A stretch of 64,000 nucleotides of DNA, taken from contig JBCCHT010000010.1 of the NCBI GenBank assembly GCA_039028615.1, positions 96,001-160,000 of the forward strand, in the 5' to 3' direction. The stretch's first letter is position 1; every line of letters starts with the position of its first letter. A program made the translations under genes and the position numbers. Shown piece after piece: positions 54,312-64,000 of the stretch. The notes below the pieces were generated by a model. It ran no database searches and was not told the origin of the DNA. It was given only the letters and a program-made list of their open reading frames with translations. The DNA is from Myxococcota bacterium (GTDB taxonomy: Bacteria; Myxococcota_A; Polyangia; Nannocystales; Nannocystaceae).

Positions 54312-56021
54312 GTGCCCGCCTACCAGATCGCATCCCTCATCCACGAGGGTTTCGATACCTTCTACAAGGAGTTCATGCGCCTCACTCGAGGGGCGCGTCG
54401 ACACTTCGACGCGGGCGACTGGCTGCGCCTCCAAGAAGATCAGCGCAAGCGCATCGACCTGTACCAGCGCTTCGTCGGCCGCACGCTGTCGTCGTTGGCC
54501 CCGCTGACCAGTCGGCACCCGGGTGACCTCGCGCTGTGGACCAAGGCCCACGTGCACTACGCCGACATGGTCGCGCCGCGGGTCGACGTGGAGGTCGCCG
54601 AGACCTTCTTCAACGCGATCACCCGCAAGACCTTCAACACGGTCGGCGTCAATCCACAGATCGAGTTCCTCGACAACGACCTCGAGCGCCACGAAAAGCA
54701 CCTGTCGCCGGGGCTGTTCCGCAGCTTCTTGTGGAACGACGACCTGGCGGCAGTGCTGCGCGACGTCCTGCGCTTCCCTCGGCCGGCCGTGCGCTGGCGC
54801 GACCTCGAAGGCGACGTCGCGTGGCTATGCGGGCGGATCGTGGCCGGGTGCCCCTTGCTGCGCCACGGGGGCCGGCCCGATCGGGTCGATGTGGTCAAGA
54901 CCGTCTTCTTCCGCCCCAAGGAGGGCTACATCGTCGCCCGGGTGGTGCGAGGGTCCGAGGTCACGCCCTTGCTCATCCCGCTGCGCTCGAGTCACGAGGG
55001 CATGATGGTCGACGGTGCGCTGCTGACCGAGGCCGAGGTCATGCCGGTCTTCAGCGCCACCCGCTCGTACATGTTCGTCGACGTGCACAAGCCGGCCGCG
55101 CTCGTCGACTTTCTCGGCAGCTTCCTGCCCGCCTTGTCTCGCTCCGAGCTGTACGTCGCCATCGCGCATCACCGCCACGGCAAGAGCCTCATCTACCGCG
55201 AGCTGGTCGAGCACCTGGCGTCGAGCCAAGACCCCTTCATCGTCGCCCCGGGCATCCGCGGCTTGGTGATGACGGTCTTCACCAGCCCCACCTACCGCAA
55301 CGTCTTCAAGCTGATTCGGGACCGGCCGGAAAAGACGGGAATGACCCGTGAGCACGTGCTGCAGTCCTACCGGGACGTGTTTCGAGGTCAGCGGGTCGGG
55401 CGTCTGGCCGACACCCAGGAGTTCGAATTCCTGGCCTTCGAGCGGGCTCGCTTCGACGACGAGTGCCTGCAGGAGCTCCTCCAAAAGGCGCCCAGCTTGG
55501 TCAAGGTCGAGGGTGACCGCGTGGTCATCGAGCACCTGTATATCGAAGAGAAGATGACGCCGCTCGACATCTACCTCGCGTCGGCCGAGCTGCCCGATGC
55601 CCAGCAGGCGATCATCGACTACGGCACGGCGATCAAAGAGCTCGCGGCCCACAACATCTTCGCGGGCGACCTGTTGTGGAAGAACTTCGGGGTCAACCGC
55701 TTCGGGCGTCTGGTCTGCTACGACTACGACGAGATCCGTCCGCTGCTCGACTGCAACTTTCGCAAGGTTCCCAAGGCGCAGAGCTGGGAAGACGAGATGT
55801 CCGCTCAGCCCTACTACTCGGTCCGGGAGAACGATGTCTTCCCCGAGGAGTGGGCGCCCTTCGTCGCGCCGCGTCGACCGCCCGCACTCCGCGAGGCCTT
55901 CCTCGATGCCCATGCTGACATGTTCACCGCGCAATGGTGGCAGGGCGTGCAGCAGGACGTACTTGCGGGGAGGGTTCGTGTCAATTTGCCGTACCGTCGT
56001 CGCGAGCGAGATCCCAGCTGA
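54312..56021 (+). CDS. aceK: Isocitrate dehydrogenase kinase/phosphatase
   Basis: AETFFN, APGIRGLVMTVF, VFKLIRD, RVGRLADTQEF, NIFAGDLLWKNFGV, YDYDEI, DVFPEE; start GTG 54312. Confidence 0.93.
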   Translation: MPAYQIASLIHEGFDTFYKEFMRLTRGARRHFDAGDWLRLQEDQRKRIDLYQRFVGRTLSSLAPLTSRHPGDLALWTKAHVHYADMVAPRVDVEVAETFFNAITRKTFNTVGVNPQIEFLDNDLERHEKHLSPGLFRSFLWNDDLAAVLRDVLRFPRPAVRWRDLEGDVAWLCGRIVAGCPLLRHGGRPDRVDVVKTVFFRPKEGYIVARVVRGSEVTPLLIPLRSSHEGMMVDGALLTEAEVMPVFSATRSYMFVDVHKPAALVDFLGSFLPALSRSELYVAIAHHRHGKSLIYRELVEHLASSQDPFIVAPGIRGLVMTVFTSPTYRNVFKLIRDRPEKTGMTREHVLQSYRDVFRGQRVGRLADTQEFEFLAFERARFDDECLQELLQKAPSLVKVEGDRVVIEHLYIEEKMTPLDIYLASAELPDAQQAIIDYGTAIKELAAHNIFAGDLLWKNFGVNRFGRLVCYDYDEIRPLLDCNFRKVPKAQSWEDEMSAQPYYSVRENDVFPEEWAPFVAPRRPPALREAFLDAHADMFTAQWWQGVQQDVLAGRVRVNLPYRRRERDPS

Positions 56022-56144
56022 GGGCCCGCGAGTACCCCCTCGGACGAGTGGTTCGAATCCTCTCGTCGCGCGCGAAAATGTGACCTGATGGCCACCTCGC
56101 GGCAAAGGCTCGGGATCGTTACACTGCGCGAGTCGGCACCGCCC

Positions 56145-57131
56145 ATGCCTTGGCAGATTCGAGCGATCGCGGGCCCTCTCGAGGGGGCTGTCTATGTGCT
56201 TCGCCGCCGCGCCATGTTCGGCCGGGCTGGCGATTGCGACATTCAGATCATCAACGACGGTGTCTCGCGAAGGCACGCCAAGCTCGTCGTCGAACCGGAT
56301 GGCCCGGTGCTCGTCGACCTACGATCCAACAACGGCACATTCGTGGGTGACGAGCGGATCGAGCGTCGCTCGTTGTCGCCGGGTGACGAGTTTCGGATCA
56401 TGAGCGCTCGCTTCTGTCTCGAGAACGCGAAGGCGCTCGCGGAGCAGGGGCACGACTCGGAAGTGTGGGCGGTCAAGGTGACCAGCGGTGTGACCTTGCG
56501 GCAGACGGTCGACCACTTGGCGGTGCCTCGCCACCAGCCGCCGCCCCGCGGCGACACCCTCGAGGACTTCGAGACGCGGCCGGCTCGACCCAAGGTGCAG
56601 GCCAAGCCCCTGCTGCGGATCGGGCGAAAGCGTGAGCCCGAGCGGCATCGCATGACCGCCATGAAGCCCGACGGCGAGCCCTATGCGGGTGACCTCGTCG
56701 GCGACTTGTTGATCTTCCGCGACCTGCAGCTGCGCATGATACGGCGTGAAACGCTCTCGCCCGTGGAGCACCGCGCGTTGGCTCATCTGACCACGGTGTT
56801 CCAGCAGGTGGCCGACGATCCCAGCCCGCACGCAGGCCTACGACGTTTTCAGCGATTTGGGTGCCGTTTCCCGGCGCGGGTGCGATGGTTGGAGGGGTCG
56901 ATCGAACACGTCGCTCCGGTCTCCGTCGTGGACGTCGGGGTGGGGGGAGCACGCGTTGCGTGGCGTTCGCACGCCTTGGACGCGGGCGTCGTGGCGTGGC
57001 TGGTCATCGATCGATTCATCGGCGGACAGACCCGAACCGTGGTGCTACCCACCCGAGTCGCATGGACCACCGAAACCGACCTGGGCCTGCAGTTTGCCGG
57101 CACCCAGGAGTGGGAAGAAAATTCGGGCTGA
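56145..57131 (+). CDS. FHA - PilZ domain protein (short paralog)
   Basis: FHA FGR..VSRRHA..DLRSNNGT; PilZ RRFQR and DVGVGG; start 56145 or 56088. Confidence 0.82.
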   Translation: MPWQIRAIAGPLEGAVYVLRRRAMFGRAGDCDIQIINDGVSRRHAKLVVEPDGPVLVDLRSNNGTFVGDERIERRSLSPGDEFRIMSARFCLENAKALAEQGHDSEVWAVKVTSGVTLRQTVDHLAVPRHQPPPRGDTLEDFETRPARPKVQAKPLLRIGRKREPERHRMTAMKPDGEPYAGDLVGDLLIFRDLQLRMIRRETLSPVEHRALAHLTTVFQQVADDPSPHAGLRRFQRFGCRFPARVRWLEGSIEHVAPVSVVDVGVGGARVAWRSHALDAGVVAWLVIDRFIGGQTRTVVLPTRVAWTTETDLGLQFAGTQEWEENSG

Positions 57132-57309
57132 ACGCTCGATCGGTGTTCTGGTTCGGGCCACTTCGTGGTAATGCGCGGATTCGCGACGACGATCGACTCG
57201 GAACCACCGAACACCGCCCGACCCGAGTTCGTATCATGCAACGGTTTCTGCTCCCGAGCTGAACGGCTCTGGACTGATAGACTGCGGGTCCGTTCGGGCC
57301 ACGGCTGCC

Positions 57310-60960
<3,651 letters not shown>

Positions 60961-60975
60961 GGAGCGAACCCCACG

Positions 60976-63900
60976 GTGCTGACCCGGGCCCCCGCTGGCG
61001 CGGGAACGGAGAGTCCGTCCGAGCCGGCTCGGGTGATCGATGGTCGCTACGAGGTCGTGCGAGAGCTCGGCCGCGGAGGCATGGGCGTCGTGTATCAGGT
61101 CTTCGATCGCGCGACCCAGCGCGACCTGGCCCTCAAGCAGCTGCTCTCCGCCGACGTCGTCTCGACGACGGGTCAGCGCGAGCGCTCGACGGTTCGGTTT
61201 CGTCGCGAGTTCCACACCGTCGCCGGGCTCAGCCATCCCTGTGTGGTCACCGTCTACGAGTACGGAATCGAGCTCGACCAGCCCTACTACACGATGGAGC
61301 TGCTCGAGGGGCCGACCCTGAGCCAGCTGCTTCGCGCTCCGGTGACGCAGTGCTGTCGGATCCTGCGGGGCGTGGCCTCGGCCCTGGCCTTCTTGCACTC
61401 GCGGCGCCTGCTCCATCGCGACCTCAAGACTCGCAACGTCCGCTGCGACGCGTCGGGCCGACCCAAGCTCTTGGACTTCGGGATCCTGGCCACCATGGGG
61501 GTGGCGGGTGACGTGGCGGGCACGCCTCCCTGCATCCCCCCCGAGGCGCTGTGGGGGCTGCCGCTGGACGCTCGCTCCGATCTGTTCGGCTTGGGGGCGC
61601 TGGGCTATCGCTTGGTCACGGGCAAGCAGGCCTACCCGGCCAAGACGCTCGAAGAGCTCGAAGAGCACTGGCAGCGACGACCGACCCTGCCCTCGCGAAT
61701 GCGGGAGGACATTCCGCCCGCGCTCGACGATCTGCTGCTGGCCTTGCTGAGCGTGGAGCCCGAGGGGCGACCCAGCACCGCGGCCGAGGTCATCGCTCGG
61801 CTGGACGTCATCGGAGGGCTCGAGCGCGCGCCCGAGCTCGACGTCGCGCGCGGCTGGCTGCAGAGCGCGAGGCTGGTGGGTCGAGAGCAAGAGCTGGAGA
61901 CCATCCGTGGCACCGTCGAAGACGCGAGCCAGGGCGTGGGCTCGATGCTGGTGGTGCACGGCCCCTCGGGGGTGGGCAAGACGCGGCTGTTGCGAGAGGC
62001 CGGGCTGCACGCGCAGCTGTCGGGGGCCACGGTCTTGCGGGGACGCGGGCGGGGCACCCGGCACGCGCCCTACGACCTCGTGCGTCAGCTGGTCCGAGAC
62101 ATGTGGCGGGTGTGCCCCAACGAGGCGGCGGCCAGCGGCGGTCGCCATGCTCCGGTCTTGCGACGGGTCATCCCCGAGCTTCGGCGCGGTCGCGAGTCGC
62201 AAAGCTCGGCCGTGCACGCCCCTCCGGCCGAAGAGCGCCTGCGCCTGCAGGAGTCGCTGCTCGAGTGGTTCCTCGAGCTGGCCAAGCGACGGCCGATCAT
62301 CATCCTGGTCGACGACCTCGAGTGCTGCGACGAGGGCTCGGCGACGCTGCTCGCGTCTCTCGGTCACGTGGCGCCCCGGCATGCGTTGGCCGTGCTCGGG
62401 GCTCGCCGCACGGAGACCGCCGCGGGCACGCGTCGCGGGTGGTGGACAGGCGTGGGCGAGTCCTTGCGCCTCTCCGAGCTCGACCGGGCCGCGGTCTCGG
62501 AGCTGGTACGAGACTGGTTCGGCGAGCTTCCGGGCGCACCCGAGCTCGCGGAGTGGATCCACCGCGCGGCGGGGGGCAGCCCCATGCACTGCTCCGAGCT
62601 GGCCCGACACTTGGTGGAAGAGGGCATCGTGCTCTACACCGACGGGATCTGGCGGCAGGTCGCCGATCCCGAGGACGCCCAGCCCCCCGATCGGATGACG
62701 GAGGCGATGGATCTGCGGGTGGAGGCTCTGTCCGTGGTGGGTCGAGCGATGGGCCAGGCCCTGGCGCTGTGGCGCGGCCCAGCCCCGGTCGAGCTGTGCG
62801 CCGAGCTGCTGCAGACCGGCGAGCTGGGCCTGGTGTTCGAGGCGCTGGACGAGCTGGTCTACGAGGAGATCATCGTCGGCGGCGACGAGGGCTTCGAGCT
62901 GGTCCACGACGGCATCCGCGACGCGCTGCTGCGGGTCCTCGAGCCCGACCGGCGGCGGCTCATCCACGAGATCACGGCCGAGCTGATCGTCGATCGCTGG
63001 GGGCAGGAGGGGGGAGACCGCCAGGCCGACCTGGGCTGGCACCTGCTGCGAGCGGGCCGACGCCGCGACGGAGCGCAGCTGCTCGAGCGCGCGGGTCGGC
63101 GGCGCTACGCGCTGCGGTCCTTCGAAGACGCGGTCGACCTGCTCGAGGCTGCGCTGCAGGTCTACCTCGAGGACGATGAACCGGGGGACGAAGTCCGGGC
63201 CCTCGAGCTGCAGTCGATGTTGGTGCGGGCGGGGGTCATCGGTGACCGCGCGGCGGTCGTTCGCTACGCCGAGGTCACCATCGAGGCCTTTGCTCGCCGC
63301 AGCGGCCTGCCGCTCGCCCGACGCCTGGCCCGATGGACGGGGCGGCGCATCGGCTTGGCCGCGGGCCTGGCCTGGGCGTCGGTGGGCTGGCTGCTCCGCG
63401 GTCGGGCCCACCGCGGCCCCAGCCCTCGCAATGCCCTCGCGACCACGGTGGCGCTCACCAACTACGTCGCCACCGTCTACGCGATGGCCTTCGATGTCGA
63501 TCGGGTCATGGCGCTGCGGCAAGGCGTCGACGTTGTTCGGGGGGTCCGCAACTCGGCGGCCGAAGCGGCTTCGGCGATGCTCGACGGCCTGGTCGCGCTG
63601 AGCACCGGGTCTTGGCGAGAGGCCCACCAAAAACTCATCGCGGTCGATGCCGCGATCTTGGCGTCGGAGCCCGCCTCCATGTCCGAGATGGATCGCCGCA
63701 TGTTCTGCGGCGGGGCGCGGGTATTGAAGCTGGTCATCGAGGCGGTCGAGCAGGACGGGGCCTTCGAGGAATCCCTCGACACGCTCACGGCGATGAAGAT
63801 GCGCTTCTTCTCGCTCGGGGCGCAGATGAGCCGGGTGTACTTCCATCGGCTTCGCGGCGAGGAAGAGCAGGCCCGCGGCGTGCAGCGAGACGCGGATCTC

Positions 63901-64000
63901 TCCGTCGTTCAGCTCGGCAACGCGTGGACCTTCGAGTCGCTGCGGGCCTGGGTCTCCGCCTTTGCCCATGGCCTCACTGGAGACGTGGTCGGGCTGCGAC
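60976..64000 (+). CDS. Ser/Thr kinase - AAA/STAND-type ATPase fusion, 3'-truncated by window edge (not in ORF track)
   Basis: Translated by hand in frame 1: IDGRYEVVRELGRGGMGVVY, HRDLKTRNV, LLDFG, LVGREQEL, HGPSGVGKTRLL, ILVDDLE; GAGGAG upstream of GTG 60976; spot checks show the frame open to the window end. Confidence 0.88.
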   Translation, partial: MLTRAPAGAGTESPSEPARVIDGRYEVVRELGRGGMGVVYQVFDRATQRDLALKQLLSADVVSTTGQRERSTVRFRREFHTVAGLSHPCVVTVYEYGIELDQPYYTMELLEGPTLSQLLRAPVTQCCRILRGVASALAFLHSRRLLHRDLKTRNVRCDASGRPKLLDFGILATMGVAGDVAGTPPCIPPEALWGLPLDARSDLFGLGALGYRLVTGKQAYPAKTLEELEEHWQRRPTLPSRMREDIPPALDDLLLALLSVEPEGRPSTAAEVIARLDVIGGLERAPELDVARGWLQSARLVGREQELETIRGTVEDASQGVGSMLVVHGPSGVGKTRLLREAGLHAQLSGATVLRGRGRGTRHAPYDLVRQLVRDMWRVCPNEAAASGGRHAPVLRRVIPELRRGRESQSSAVHAPPAEERLRLQESLLEWFLELAKRRPIIILVDDLECCDEGSATLLASLGHVAPRHALAVLGARRTETAAGTRRGWWTGVGESLRLSELDRAAVSELVRDWFGELPGAPELAEWIHRAAGGSPMHCSELARHLVEEGIVLYTDGIWRQVADPEDAQPPDRMTEAMDLRVEALSVVGRAMGQALALWRGPAPVELCAELLQTGELGLVFEALDELVYEEIIVGGDEGFELVHDGIRDALLRVLEPDRRRLIHEITAELIVDRWGQEGGDRQADLGWHLLRAGRRRDGAQLLERAGRRRYALRSFEDAVDLLEAALQVYLEDDEPGDEVRALELQSMLVRAGVIGDRAAVVRYAEVTIEAFARRSGLPLARRLARWTGRRIGLAAGLAWASVGWLLRGRAHRGPSPRNALATTVALTNYVATVYAMAFDVDRVMALRQGVDVVRGVRNSAAEAASAMLDGLVALSTGSWREAHQKLIAVDAAILASEPASMSEMDRRMFCGGARVLKLVIEAVEQDGAFEESLDTLTAMKMRFFSLGAQMSRVYFHRLRGEEEQARGVQRDADLSVVQLGNAWTFESLRAWVSAFAHGLTGDVVGLR

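Overview
High-GC (roughly 70%) bacterial chromosomal segment. The gene content (many FHA proteins, Hanks-type Ser/Thr kinases, an FHA-sigma54 activator, PEGA/PilZ/DUF1501 proteins, acidic Thr/Asp/Gly-linker lipoproteins) points to a myxobacterium, probably Nannocystaceae-like (inference). I call about 41 protein-coding genes. I found no rRNA, tRNA, CRISPR array, transposase or phage gene. Housekeeping and metabolic content: SDR, GldAFG-like ABC system plus DUF4340, two metallophosphoesterases, NatAB-like ABC, APS reductase, Nudix, lipase, a TetR-linked fatty-acyl-CoA operon, methyltransferase and aceK. Most interesting: (1) a kinase plus two FHA-TM proteins that both carry the juxtamembrane helical module of nSTAND-WD40 proteins but have no NTPase, one ending in about 16 WD40 repeats and the other in LysM plus a MepA murein endopeptidase (34.2-41.8 kb); (2) an orphan TssB-TssC sheath-like fusion next to it; (3) tandem FHA-PilZ paralogs, one with seven EDSGAYAIVR Tyr/Ser repeats, directly followed by a kinase-AAA gene that is absent from the ORF track; (4) a split planctomycete-type DUF1549/DUF1553 + DUF1501 + cytochrome c lipoprotein operon; (5) a candidate nucleoid-associated protein behind an AT-rich leader; (6) an FHA-TM-double-DsbA fusion with a probable CTG start. 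All domain calls come from reading motifs by eye; no searches were run.
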